A program made the translations under genes and the position numbers. Source: Flavobacteriales bacterium (GTDB taxonomy: Bacteria; Bacteroidota; Bacteroidia; Flavobacteriales_C; GCA-002722245). From it: 64,000 nt of DNA. The stretch lies in NCBI GenBank assembly GCA_049430665.1, contig JBMTCG010000001.1, forward strand, positions 41,742 to 105,741, given 5' to 3'. Of the stretch, positions 44,684-55,700 are shown piece by piece. How positions within the stretch are numbered: position 1 is the first letter of the stretch; each line of letters starts with the position of its first letter. The notes under the pieces are model-generated. The model ran no database searches. It was not told the origin of the DNA and was given only the letters and a program-made list of their open reading frames with translations.

Positions 44684-47380
44684 TTATTCTGATTTCGTTT
44701 GCTGCAACACGTTCTTATAAAACTGCGCCAACTCTTTGTCTTTCTCTTTGGCGATGGCCAAGTTGATTTTATCTTCTATTTTCTTTCTTTCTTCTTTAAG
44801 TTTATCAAATTTTTCTTGCATTTGTTTAGCGTCGAAAGAACCTTTTTTGGTGTCTTTGTTGTCGTTGATGTCGCGCTGCAAATCGGCCATTCTTGCATCG
44901 TAATAACCACGCAAACCCGCCATCGCCAAAACAGCTTCCTTTCTTACTTCTACATCGTCATCGTTAGTGGCAATATTGTACAAAGAATCTAATCCTTTGA
45001 AGAAAATTTCTTTTTTCTGTTTCACTAAATACATTCCAAAATGTTCTACCAATTGAGCCTGGCGCGCTCCTTCGTAATGGGCAATGGCATTGGTGTAAAA
45101 GGAGTAGATTTCTTCTTTGTTTTTGTAGCCTTTGTAAATGTCGCCTAGCGTTAATGAAACCCACTCGGCATAAGATTGTTCTTTTTGTTTAATGATGTCG
45201 TAAGCCTCTTCTTTTTTGTAGATAGAATATGCGCGAATGGTAGTTGCCACCACATAATTGCTCGAATCGTTAAAGGTTTTCTTTAATACTGGTTCTGCTT
45301 CTTCGAAAGAATAATTTTTTCTAATGAAGCGAATGGCCGCAGCGCGCACGTGCGATTTAGGGTCTTTCACCGCCAATTTAAAAGTTTTGTCCATTACATC
45401 GGTAAGCAAAGAATCACTTAGTGTAGTGTCGGCCGACAAGTGATCTAAGGCCATTAATTTAATGGCCCAAAACTTATCGTTCAAAGCCGTTACCAAGAAA
45501 TCATCTTTAGTTCTTTTGGGCGTGGTATCTGCCATTACATGCTCAAAAGCTTCATATCTATCAAATATATTTTTGCTTTTTTCAAACTGAGTAAGCCATT
45601 CGTTGGTAGATTTTCTTTCGTTTTTTTCGCACAACAAAACTTTGTCGGCATCAATGCTTACCCATTCTGGTTCGCCATTGGCAATTACTCTAAAAGTATC
45701 GCATTTGTTGGTCATCCAAACGCGTGAACGTTTTGGTTTGCCACCCGAATAAACATCAATATCAATAGGAAAACGATACACGCTCGATTCTAATAAAGGC
45801 TGTGTTTGCTCAACAATCACCGAAATAGAATCGGAAACCTTATCGTAGCGGTAAGAAATATCTAGCATAGGATGTCCTTTGGTAAAGAACCATTGATTGA
45901 AAAACCAATATAAATCTTCGCCCGTAATTTTCTCGAAAGACATGCGCAACTGCGCCATCTCCGTAGATTTAAATTTATTGCTTTCTAGGTAATCTTGAAC
46001 AGCTGCAAAGAAGGCCTCTTCACCCACATAATTGCGCAACATGTGCAACACCAAAGAGCCCTTTTGATAGCTATGTCTGTCGAACATATCGTCGATAAAA
46101 GAATAGTTGTAGCGCACCAATCTTTCCTTTTTGCTTTGTGCTTCATCTAAATAAGCTTGCAAATCCAGTAATCTGTGGTAATCTCCTTCGTCTTTTCCGT
46201 ATTTATGGTCGATCCACAAACACTCGCCCATTGTGGCAAACGATTCATTTAAAGGCAAATTGGCCCACGATTCACAAGTAACCAAATCGCCAAACCAATG
46301 GTGAAAAAGTTCATGCGCTATTACATCTTCATGGTCTTCATCTAACAACTCTTTTTTAGAACGCATCACGTAAGGCGCATGAATCACCGCCGAAGTGTTT
46401 TCCATTGCGCCCCAATGAAACTCGCGCACTATCATTTGAGAATACTTCTCCCAAGGATAAGGCACGCCCAACTTTTGCGAAAAGAAAGTAAGCATCTCGG
46501 GCGTATTGCCAAACACCGCCAAAGCATCGGCAGAATCTTTGTGTTCTACATAATATTCTAGCAATACATTATTCCACTTAGATTTAATCACTGCAAATTC
46601 ACCAACAGCCACCATCACCAAATAAGTAGAATGCGGCAAATCTTGTTTCCAATAATCGGTGCGTGTGCCATCGCTGTTTTTAGTAGAACTTTTGAGCAAA
46701 CCATTGGATAAAGTTTGAAATTGCTCATCTACATTAATGTAAACCTCTTGGGTCATTTTTTCTGCTGTGGCTTCAATGGTAGGAAACCAACAAGAAGAAG
46801 ATTCGGCTTCACCTTGAGTCCAAATTTGTTTGGGTTTGTGCGGATTATTGCCATCAGCATGCACAAAAAACAAACCTTTTTCTTTGTCCTCGGCAATTAA
46901 TTTTTTCTCTAAAAGCTTTTCGGGTTGGGCGGTATAATCAATAAAAATTTTGTACGATTCGGTTCTTTTGTATTCTTTATCCAACTGAATCGCAATGGTT
47001 TTATCGTTGTATTTGTAAGTAAGTTTTTTCTTATTGCCCAAAGAATCGAGCAAAGAAACTTCTTTAATAATCATTCCTTTGGCATCCAATTCCAAAGTTT
47101 TAGTAGCATAGAAATAAGGCTTTAAAGTAAGCGTAGCTTTGCCATACACCTCTTTGTTTTGCCAATTAAAACGAAGATCTAAAACGGTGTGTACTAAATC
47201 TTGTTTTAAAGTACGAGCAGCATGATAAACAGGTCTTTTTTCTGAAACAATAGGTGTTTGCGGAGGAACAACAGTGCTTTTCTTTTGTTGCAACAGCTGA
47301 CAAGCCGAAGCAAATACAGCGAAGGTAAAAGGTAAAAGCCAAAAACGAGTTAGTTTTATCATGCGCACCAATTTCCACAA
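44684..47380 (-). CDS. pepN: M1 family aminopeptidase N with C-terminal HEAT/ARM-like repeats
   Basis: A GAMEN-like motif (WGAMENTSA) upstream of the zinc site HELFHHWFGD…ESFATMGE. Confidence 0.85.
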   Translation of the reverse strand: MWKLVRMIKLTRFWLLPFTFAVFASACQLLQQKKSTVVPPQTPIVSEKRPVYHAARTLKQDLVHTVLDLRFNWQNKEVYGKATLTLKPYFYATKTLELDAKGMIIKEVSLLDSLGNKKKLTYKYNDKTIAIQLDKEYKRTESYKIFIDYTAQPEKLLEKKLIAEDKEKGLFFVHADGNNPHKPKQIWTQGEAESSSCWFPTIEATAEKMTQEVYINVDEQFQTLSNGLLKSSTKNSDGTRTDYWKQDLPHSTYLVMVAVGEFAVIKSKWNNVLLEYYVEHKDSADALAVFGNTPEMLTFFSQKLGVPYPWEKYSQMIVREFHWGAMENTSAVIHAPYVMRSKKELLDEDHEDVIAHELFHHWFGDLVTCESWANLPLNESFATMGECLWIDHKYGKDEGDYHRLLDLQAYLDEAQSKKERLVRYNYSFIDDMFDRHSYQKGSLVLHMLRNYVGEEAFFAAVQDYLESNKFKSTEMAQLRMSFEKITGEDLYWFFNQWFFTKGHPMLDISYRYDKVSDSISVIVEQTQPLLESSVYRFPIDIDVYSGGKPKRSRVWMTNKCDTFRVIANGEPEWVSIDADKVLLCEKNERKSTNEWLTQFEKSKNIFDRYEAFEHVMADTTPKRTKDDFLVTALNDKFWAIKLMALDHLSADTTLSDSLLTDVMDKTFKLAVKDPKSHVRAAAIRFIRKNYSFEEAEPVLKKTFNDSSNYVVATTIRAYSIYKKEEAYDIIKQKEQSYAEWVSLTLGDIYKGYKNKEEIYSFYTNAIAHYEGARQAQLVEHFGMYLVKQKKEIFFKGLDSLYNIATNDDDVEVRKEAVLAMAGLRGYYDARMADLQRDINDNKDTKKGSFDAKQMQEKFDKLKEERKKIEDKINLAIAKEKDKELAQFYKNVLQQTKSE

Positions 47381-47429
47381 ACATAAACAATAGCTTTTTC
47401 AAATAAAATAAATCACGTAAGTTTGTTAC

Positions 47430-47900
47430 ATGTTGCAAATCAAAGTAAACAATCAAGAAATTAAAACGCTTTCGCTTTCTTCTTCTGCCGAAGTAGAGAT
47501 GCTAGAGCCAGGCAGATTTCTTTTGCGCAAAGACAACAAAGTGTTTGAAATATTTTTGTTGGGCGAAAGTGAAGATGGCAACGAGATGGAAATACAAATC
47601 AACCAGCATTATTTCAAAGTAAATATTCAAAATGAGCTCGATCAACTCTTAAACAGTTTGGGCTTTAAGAGCAGCGATGTGAAGAAAGTGAAAGAGTTAA
47701 AATCGCCTATGCCTGGTAAAATAGTGGCGGTGATGGTAAATGAAGGAGATGAAGTGAAGCCTGGACAGCCCCTACTGATTTTAGAAGCCATGAAAATGGA
47801 GAACGCATTGCAGGCCATTTCAGAGGGGAAAGTGGAAAAAATTATGGTAGAAAAAGGAACATCTGTAAATAAGAACGACATATTGATTAAGTTTGCATAA
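47430..47900 (+). CDS. biotin/lipoyl-attachment (BCCP-like) protein
   Basis: EAMKMEN biotinylation motif near the C-terminus. Size is 156 aa. Confidence 0.65.
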   Translation: MLQIKVNNQEIKTLSLSSSAEVEMLEPGRFLLRKDNKVFEIFLLGESEDGNEMEIQINQHYFKVNIQNELDQLLNSLGFKSSDVKKVKELKSPMPGKIVAVMVNEGDEVKPGQPLLILEAMKMENALQAISEGKVEKIMVEKGTSVNKNDILIKFA

Positions 47901-48759
47901 AATAAGAGTGCGTATGTTTAAATATATTTTACCAATAATTACATTGTTTTTTGTTGCTTGTGGAGACAGCGATAACGAAGGAGGAAAACAAAATACACAA
48001 GAAAATTTTGCGCAAAACAACTCTCAGTTTGGCAGAAAAAGAGCTTTGGTGATCAGCAAAGACGGCATAACCTTAACCGAACAAACAGATTACCCAGTAT
48101 TTAAAGATGCGGAAATCACGATGATTAGTCCGAAAGACAAAGCCACCCCAGGCAAAACTAACTTCGAATTTTCTGTAGGCAATTTCACCTTAGGCGAACA
48201 AACCTCTGAACAAGAAAAATTAGGGTTTAAAGGAGAAGAAGACGGCCAATTCATCACCTTCATAAGTAGTGGTCATTTGCCAAAGCATTCGATAGAATCA
48301 ACTATTGAAGAGATGATAAACCCTGGGGAAAACTACGTATTTGCTGCACTAACCCGCTCTTACAACATGTCGGTACACGATGCCGCCAAAGGTTTTGTTT
48401 TTTCTAAAATCACTATTGAAGACAACAACAAATCAAAAATCACCAAACCAACTGGCAGCCACATTGTGCCTTTGAGTCCGATGGGCGAATACCCCTTTGA
48501 ATTCTCTAAAAAAATATTATTAGATTTCTTCTTAATCGATACCAAATTGAGCGATGGCGGAAACTACGTTTTGATTACAATCGACAACACAGAATTTAAA
48601 ATTACCAAATGGGCTTCATTCTCTATTGAAGGGTTGAGTTTTGGTAGTCACAGTATTTCTTTCAAACTGATGGATGCCAAAAATCAAGTGATACCCGGAC
48701 CCTTTAACGACCTTGGTAGAATTGAATTTAGCTTAAAGGAAAAAGAAATTACTTTGTAG
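47893..48759 (+). CDS. lipoprotein, hypothetical
   Basis: Signal peptide plus FFVACGDS lipobox. No family assigned. Confidence 0.4.
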   Translation: MHKIRVRMFKYILPIITLFFVACGDSDNEGGKQNTQENFAQNNSQFGRKRALVISKDGITLTEQTDYPVFKDAEITMISPKDKATPGKTNFEFSVGNFTLGEQTSEQEKLGFKGEEDGQFITFISSGHLPKHSIESTIEEMINPGENYVFAALTRSYNMSVHDAAKGFVFSKITIEDNNKSKITKPTGSHIVPLSPMGEYPFEFSKKILLDFFLIDTKLSDGGNYVLITIDNTEFKITKWASFSIEGLSFGSHSISFKLMDAKNQVIPGPFNDLGRIEFSLKEKEITL

Positions 48760-48761
48760 TA

Positions 48762-49421
48762 CTATTGGTGAATCACCAATATGTCTTCTTTAATCTCGAA
48801 TTTGTAATCTTTAGAATAACCCGCTAAGAAATCTTGCACTTCTTTAACCGTTGGGTAATCTCTTGTGCCGTTGAACAAACGAGCATCGTCAACCAAAATA
48901 ATGTGATTTTTTACTGGGTGCTCTAGCACCGTTTTCAACTCTTTAATGATGGGAGTTTCTAAAACACCTTTGGCGGTGATATCACCCGAATAGTGACCAT
49001 CAAGCCAAAACAAAATAGGCTCATTAATATCTTTAATCACTTGAGGCAACATGCTTCCGCTATCGCCAAAAACGATGTTTACATTTTTATCGTTCTCAAA
49101 TTTCTTGATAGCATTTTTGTATAAAATTTCACTCAACTCAATAGAGTACAATTTTTTAAACTGACCCTTCATAGAATTGATCATGATGCCTAAAAAAGTA
49201 CCGCTTTCTACAAAAACCTGAATGTTGTGTTTGTTGGCAAAATGACGAATAACGTCTTGCTTAGCCGAATGTGGAACAGGAACAGAATTAGGATTAGACG
49301 CTCTTTGTTTAATGAACTCATTGTTCGATTGATCATATATCTTTTGCAAAGCATCAATTCTCATTTTCTCATAAACAGATGTTGGCAAAAATGTGCGTAA
49401 GAGCGTTTCTTTAATCTTCAT
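48762..49421 (-). CDS. class I SAM-dependent methyltransferase (TylF/MycF-like, candidate)
   Basis: VFVESGTFLGIMI is a motif I-like Rossmann segment. ILVDDA and WLDGHY segments are also present. This is a weak call. Confidence 0.35.
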   Translation of the reverse strand: MKIKETLLRTFLPTSVYEKMRIDALQKIYDQSNNEFIKQRASNPNSVPVPHSAKQDVIRHFANKHNIQVFVESGTFLGIMINSMKGQFKKLYSIELSEILYKNAIKKFENDKNVNIVFGDSGSMLPQVIKDINEPILFWLDGHYSGDITAKGVLETPIIKELKTVLEHPVKNHIILVDDARLFNGTRDYPTVKEVQDFLAGYSKDYKFEIKEDILVIHQ

Positions 49422-49523
49422 ATCTTAATTTTTCTAAAGTGGCGAAGGTAGCTAATTTTCTAGCGCTCTAAAAATGGAATTTTAGCTATCTTAGTGGCGC
49501 AGCAACAAAAATTCTGAAACAGC

Positions 49524-50642
49524 ATGATTTATCAAGGTATTGCCATGTCGAATCGCTTTCCTTCGGGAAGAAAAAGCGTAACTATTGAAATCGGATTGAG
49601 CGACATCGTGTTTTCTTTAGACGAAGAAAAAATTCGCTTCTCATTGCAAGGTACCGACATTAGCGTAGGTGGCGCTTCAGATAGATTGATTTATTTCAAT
49701 CATCCATCTCATCCCGATATTTCTTTTTACACCACCGATAAAAAAATACTGAAAGACCCTAATTTACATTACCACGAACACGCGCAAAGCGGCGTGAAAA
49801 AAGTAAAGAAAACAAGAGCCATCAATTGGACAATTTGGTTGAGCATCTTAGGATTTTTCCTTGCCATCATTCTTTCGCTCTTCATCTTTAGAACAAACAT
49901 AATGAAAGGCGTGGCCAACCAAGTTCCGCCATCATGGGAAAAAGAAGTAGGCGACAAACTTTTTGAAGAAGTTAAAACAGAATACAAATTGATTAAAGAT
50001 TCTGCATTGATTGCCGAACTTACACAAACCTTGCAGCCATTGGTAAATGGCATTGGCGACACCTCTTTTCATTTTAAATTTTACATCGCCAACAATCCAA
50101 CAATGAACGCTTTTGCTATGCCGGGGGGCAATGTAGTAATACACTCGGGTATTATTCAAAAAGCAGCGTCGTGGGAAGAATTGATGGGTGTTTTAGCGCA
50201 CGAGTTAGCGCACGTTACACAGCGTCATCATGTGCGTGGCATCATTTCTAACTTAGGCATTTATGTGGCACTTTCTGCATTGGTGGGCGATGCCAGCGCA
50301 TTATTGGGAACCTTAGCTCAAGCAAGTGGCTCTTTAACTTCTTTGAAAACCAGCAGAGAATACGAAACCGAATCAGATGAAACAGGATGGCAATATTTAT
50401 TAAATGCCAACATCAATCCCGAAGGAATGATAGGTATGTTTAAAAAATTACAAAAAGAATATCCCGAAGACAAAGACACCGAAGAGCTCACTTCTTTGAT
50501 AAGCAGTCACCCTGCTATTGGCGAAAGAATTGAATTGTTAACCACAAAGAAAAGTGAATTAAAAAACAAAAAAATCATCACATTTAAAAATTCTTTTGAT
50601 ACATTTAAAACGCGCTTAAAAACAGATTTAGATAAACAATAA
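49524..50642 (+). CDS. M48 family zinc metallopeptidase with N-terminal cytoplasmic domain and TM anchor
   Basis: HELAHVTQRH HExxH motif plus the downstream E…D, and a TM helix (WTIWLSILGFFLAIILSLFIF). Confidence 0.75.
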   Translation: MIYQGIAMSNRFPSGRKSVTIEIGLSDIVFSLDEEKIRFSLQGTDISVGGASDRLIYFNHPSHPDISFYTTDKKILKDPNLHYHEHAQSGVKKVKKTRAINWTIWLSILGFFLAIILSLFIFRTNIMKGVANQVPPSWEKEVGDKLFEEVKTEYKLIKDSALIAELTQTLQPLVNGIGDTSFHFKFYIANNPTMNAFAMPGGNVVIHSGIIQKAASWEELMGVLAHELAHVTQRHHVRGIISNLGIYVALSALVGDASALLGTLAQASGSLTSLKTSREYETESDETGWQYLLNANINPEGMIGMFKKLQKEYPEDKDTEELTSLISSHPAIGERIELLTTKKSELKNKKIITFKNSFDTFKTRLKTDLDKQ

Positions 50643-50645
50643 CAG

Positions 50646-51305
50646 ATGGAAATTAATTTAACAGGAAAACCTGCTTTCAATTACGTAAACGTAGATTTAC
50701 AGCCAGGTGAAACCATTATTGCCGAAGCAGATGCTATGGCAAGTATGGCCGCCGAATTAACAATGGAAGCCAAAATGAACGGCGGATTTTTTGGCGGATT
50801 GGTAAAAAAATATGTGGGCGGAGAAAGCTTCTTCGTAAATCACGTTACCAACAACAGCAACGCTGTAAAACGCATTACACTAACACAACCAACACCTGGC
50901 GACATGAAAGTGCTAGAACTTAATGGCGACAGCTATTGCCTGCAAGGCGGTGCCTATGTGGCGTCAACTCCGGGAGTGAAATTGGGCGTTAAGTGGGCTG
51001 GTATCGCTTCTTTCATTGGTGGCGAAGGATTATTTAAACTTCAAGTTTCTGGCACAGGAAAAGTGATTTTTGGTGCTTACGGTGCTTTAATAGAAAAAGA
51101 AATTGATGGCGAATACATTGTAGATTCGAGTCATTTGGTGGGTTATACTCCCGATATGAAATTGAAAATGCAACTATCAGGAGGCATTTTCTCTAGCTTC
51201 TTTGGTGGCGAAGGACTCGTTACAAGAGTAGAAGGAAAAGGCAAAATCATCATTCAATCGCGCAGCGTGAGCGGACTCACAAAGTGGTTAAATAAATTCT
51301 TTTAA
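50646..51305 (+). CDS. AIM24/TIGR00266 (DUF124) family protein, paralog 1
   Basis: The GEsfF, GGEGLF and GG-GE motifs are spaced as in AIM24-family proteins. It is one of three tandem paralogs. Confidence 0.6.
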   Translation: MEINLTGKPAFNYVNVDLQPGETIIAEADAMASMAAELTMEAKMNGGFFGGLVKKYVGGESFFVNHVTNNSNAVKRITLTQPTPGDMKVLELNGDSYCLQGGAYVASTPGVKLGVKWAGIASFIGGEGLFKLQVSGTGKVIFGAYGALIEKEIDGEYIVDSSHLVGYTPDMKLKMQLSGGIFSSFFGGEGLVTRVEGKGKIIIQSRSVSGLTKWLNKFF

Positions 51306-51349
51306 CCCAGCTAACATTGAACTTTAAACATTAAACATTGAACTAATTT

Positions 51350-52027
51350 ATGAATGTTAAGATAGAAAAAGGTCCGGGTGCAGCAGCTGCAAAAGTAACC
51401 TTACTTCCCGGAGAATCATTCACTGCAGAAGCAGGTGCGATGATAGCCATGAGCGACAATTTACAAATTGAAACAACCACACATAAAAAGAATTCGCGCG
51501 GCATTATGAAAGCCATCAAAAGAATGGTTTCGGGCGAAAGTTTTTTCTTAAATCATTTCACTGCAGGTTCTCAAGGTGGCGAAGTGTATTTGGGTACAGC
51601 ATTGCCTGGCGACATGTTTACTTACGAATTGAATGGCGATAAACTAATCGTTCAGGCTGGTTCTTACGTAGCTTCAGATCATGATGTAAACATTGAATTC
51701 AACTGGCAAGGTTTCAAATCTTTGTTCTCTGGCGAAAGTGCATTTTGGTTGAGTGCCAGCGGAAGAGGAACAGTAATTTTAAATTCATTTGGCGCTATTT
51801 ATCCTATTGAAGTTGATGGCGAATACATTGTAGATACAGGTCACATCGTAGCTTTTCAAGAAAGCTTAAATTTCAGTATTTCAAAAGCGGGAACAAGTTG
51901 GATTAATTCTTATTTCGGCGGAGAAGGCTTAGTTTGTCGCTTCAAAGGAAAAGGAATAGTTTGGTGCCAATCGCACAACGATAACTCATTTGGATTTACT
52001 TTAACTCCTGGATTAACACCTAGATAA
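51350..52027 (+). CDS. AIM24/TIGR00266 family protein, paralog 2
   Basis: Same motif pattern (SGESFFLNHF … GGEGLVCRFKGKG). It is tandem to paralog 1. Confidence 0.6.
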   Translation: MNVKIEKGPGAAAAKVTLLPGESFTAEAGAMIAMSDNLQIETTTHKKNSRGIMKAIKRMVSGESFFLNHFTAGSQGGEVYLGTALPGDMFTYELNGDKLIVQAGSYVASDHDVNIEFNWQGFKSLFSGESAFWLSASGRGTVILNSFGAIYPIEVDGEYIVDTGHIVAFQESLNFSISKAGTSWINSYFGGEGLVCRFKGKGIVWCQSHNDNSFGFTLTPGLTPR

Positions 52028-52028
52028 A

Positions 52029-52703
52029 ATGGAAAACACATTCGAACATTATATGGAAGGACAACCCGATTACGCGTTGTTAACCGTTAAAATTCCTTCG
52101 GGAAAAACATTAAAAGTAGAGGCTTCGGCCATGGCTACCATGGATACGAACCTTAAAATGAAAACCAAGATGAAAGGCGGCTTGGGCCGTTTACTCACTG
52201 GCGAATCTATTTTCATTAACGATTTTACTGCCGAAAATGGTGATGCAGAAATTAAAATCGCTCCTTCTTCTCCAGGTGATTTGGTGCGCTATGCCATGAA
52301 TGGCAGCGAAACTTTCTATTTGCAAAGCTCGGCTTTTGTGGCTTCTGCTCCATCGGTAACCGTTAATTCTAAATGGCAAGGGTTCAAAGGATTTTTTAGC
52401 GGTGCTGGATTGTTCTTGGCGCAGGTAAGCGGACAAGGCGATCTTTGGTTCAACTCCTTTGGTGGAATTTTAGAGATAGATGTAAAAGATTCTTATGTAG
52501 TTGACACTGGAAATATAGTGGCGTTCACTGGTGGATTACAATACCAAGTAACGCGCTTTGGCGGATACAAATCTTTGTTCTTCTCTGGCGAAGGATTGGT
52601 GTGCCGATTTAGCGGTGAAGGTAAAGTGTGGATTCAAACGCGCAAACCTGGTCCAATGGCTTCCTGGGCTTATCCATTTAGACCAGAAGGCAAAAACAAT
52701 TAA
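52029..52703 (+). CDS. AIM24/TIGR00266 family protein, paralog 3
   Basis: Same motif pattern (TGESIFINDF … SGEGLVCRFSGEG). It starts 1 nt after the stop of paralog 2. Confidence 0.6.
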   Translation: MENTFEHYMEGQPDYALLTVKIPSGKTLKVEASAMATMDTNLKMKTKMKGGLGRLLTGESIFINDFTAENGDAEIKIAPSSPGDLVRYAMNGSETFYLQSSAFVASAPSVTVNSKWQGFKGFFSGAGLFLAQVSGQGDLWFNSFGGILEIDVKDSYVVDTGNIVAFTGGLQYQVTRFGGYKSLFFSGEGLVCRFSGEGKVWIQTRKPGPMASWAYPFRPEGKNN

Positions 52704-52711
52704 ACACTAAT

Positions 52712-55700
52712 GTGACTTCATCAAAAAGAAATATTGTAATAAGCAGTGGTTTGGCGATAGCTCTGCTGCTTATTACTTCTTTCCTCTATTTTCAACACAG
52801 CGCCAACAACCTAAGCACTTCTCTACAAGAAAATTTCGCGCAAGAACTTAGCGCACAGCAAAAATTACTACAACTAGAACTAAGTAATCTAGCCACTCAA
52901 AACAACAACGAAGAAGAACTGCTCAGCACCAAATTTTTAGCGTTCAAAAACTTGTATGAAAAAGAAGGTATAAGTCTCTTCATCTACAAAGATTCTTCCC
53001 TAGTTTTTTGGAGCAACAACGAAGAACCTATCGACAATTTATTATTGACCAAAGATGGATTTTTGAATTCGTTGGGTGGATTTTACGAGAAAATCTCTCT
53101 GCAAAAAAACAACAAAACTTATGTGGCCTTGCTCACCATTAAACAAGAGCATCAATTTGAAAATTCATTTGTAAACACCACCTTTCAAAAAAGATTTACG
53201 CTACCTAAAAACGTTGATATCACTGTAGATAATAAAATAAGTGACTTTCCTTCCTTATCAAATAATTACTTGCATCTCGATTTCTCAAAGGCCGAAAATC
53301 ACAGCAACATCACGGTTTCATTCATAGAATTTTTCGCAATTTTACTATTGCTTTTTGCGCTCTTCCACACAATTAAAAACACTGCGCTTTTCATCTCCTG
53401 TTTGCTATTACTAAGATATTTATTGCTCGAATTTCAATTTCCTTTTCATCTCTACGAAGCAACATTAATGGCCCCCGAATTCTTTGCTTACTCAACGTGG
53501 TTACCCTCTTTAGGAGATTTGTTGTTGCACAGCATTTTTGCTCTTACATTCATTCTGTTCATTGCCAAACAAGAAATTAAATTGAATGCAGCGCCACGAA
53601 TTACAACATTCCTTGTGCTCTTCGCGCTGCTATGTGCCTCCGTATTGCTTTCAGAAACCATTGAAGTTTTGGTTTTCAACTCGAATGTTGAATTGGATGT
53701 AAAAAAAGTATTCGCCCTCGATTTCTACAGTTTTACGAGTCTGTTCATCATCTTAATTTTAATGTATTCTTTCCTGCTCTTCGCCATTAAAATGAGCAAA
53801 GTATTGAAAGAAAACAATATTGAAAACAAGTTGATTGCAAGCAACATCATCATTTGTTTAAGTATCGCATGTATATTCTATTTTGTATTAGATGAGATAG
53901 ATGACATTTACACTTTGTTACTTATTATTCCTATTGCTGCTATACTGTTCTTCCGCACCTACAAAGGATATTCCACGTTTGAGCCAAGTTCTACGGTGTT
54001 TCTAATGCTCTTTATTTCCTTCTATGTTTCGGCCGTTTTAGAAAACAATTTAGAGCGCAAAGAAAAAAATTACCGCAAACAAAAAATATCGTTGATGTCG
54101 ACTAACCGCGACCCCATTGCCGAATACCTTTTTAACAGTGTTGTACCTAAAATTAAGAGTGATAGCATACTTTTTTATATCGACGATTCTTTGCTTACCA
54201 TTCAATATTTAAGAGAAAATTTCTCTGATAAATATTGGGATAAATACGATTTAAATGTGGTAAACAACGATGATCTTTCAAAGATGGAAATGATTTATCC
54301 TAATCTTTTTCATTCAGAAAATTTATCGAAAAATGGAGCCTATATTGCCGAATTTCCCTTGCCGGAAAATCACAAATTTCATGTATCACTCACCCCCAGA
54401 GATATGCCCGATGAGCCAGGATTTCCGGTACTTTTGGTAAACAAAGAAACCGAAAACAACACTTTAAATGCCGAATACTCATCAGCCAAATATTACGATG
54501 GAAAATTGGTGAACAATAATGGCGCTTACCACTACCCTTTGGCGCTCTCTTCTTTCACCAATAACAACGATGAAGAATTTCAATGGTTGGAAACAAATGG
54601 ATACAATCATTTGCTTTACCGAATCGACAAAAATTCAAGCATCATCATCAGCTTAGAATCGTGGGGCGTATGGAATTTATTTTCTGTTTATTCTTACCTC
54701 TTCATCTTGTTTTGCTTAATTGCACTAGTCTCTTTCTCACTCTCCTATCTATTTTCTCACTCTCCAGTTCAGCCATCGTTTAAAAACCGACTACAATTCA
54801 GTATGCTTATTTTGCTTTTTTTCTCAGCAGTAATGACGGGTGCTGGTTCGGTATATTATATAAGCAAACAATACAACAAAAAGAACGAAGAAGCCATTAC
54901 TGAGAAAATAAAATCGGTGAAGATGGGTGTAGAACGCCGACTCAAACGCAGAAATGGTTTTAGCGACAAAGAATTGATACAAGAAAAACTTGATAGATAC
55001 TCTAAAATATTTTTTAGTGATATCAATCTTTTCGATGCCAATGGAAGAATAATTGCTTCTTCACGCAACGAAATTTTTAGCGAAGGTTTACTGTCGCAAA
55101 ACATGCACCCACAAGCTTTCTATCAAATGCATTATTTGCACAAAACGCATTACACGCAAACCGAAGAAATCGAATCGATGAAATATCTATCGGCTTATAC
55201 TCCTTTTTTCGATGACAAAAGCAAAGTAATGGGTTACCTTAATTTGCCTTATTTCTCTCGACAAAATGAATTGAGTACAGAGATTTCGAACTTCTTGGTG
55301 GCCTTGGTAAACATTTACGGATTGTTGGTAGTATTATCACTTTTAGCTGCTTTAGTAGTGTCAAATTATATTACCAAACCACTTAGTATCATTCAAGAAA
55401 AATTGAAAAATATTTCATTAGGCAAACGCAACGAAATGATTCAATGGAGTGGCACTGATGAAATTGGAAGTTTGGTTTCTGAATACAATAGAAAGGTTTT
55501 AGAATTGAGCGAAAGTGCAGAAAAATTAGCCAAATCGGAACGTGAAGGTGCATGGCGTGAAATGGCTAAACAGGTAGCACACGAAATTAAAAATCCGCTC
55601 ACACCCATGAAGCTCAATGTGCAATATTTAAAACGTTTGTACAAGGATATTCCACAAGATGAATTTGAAGAAAGACTCACCAAAATTTCAAACAGTTTAA

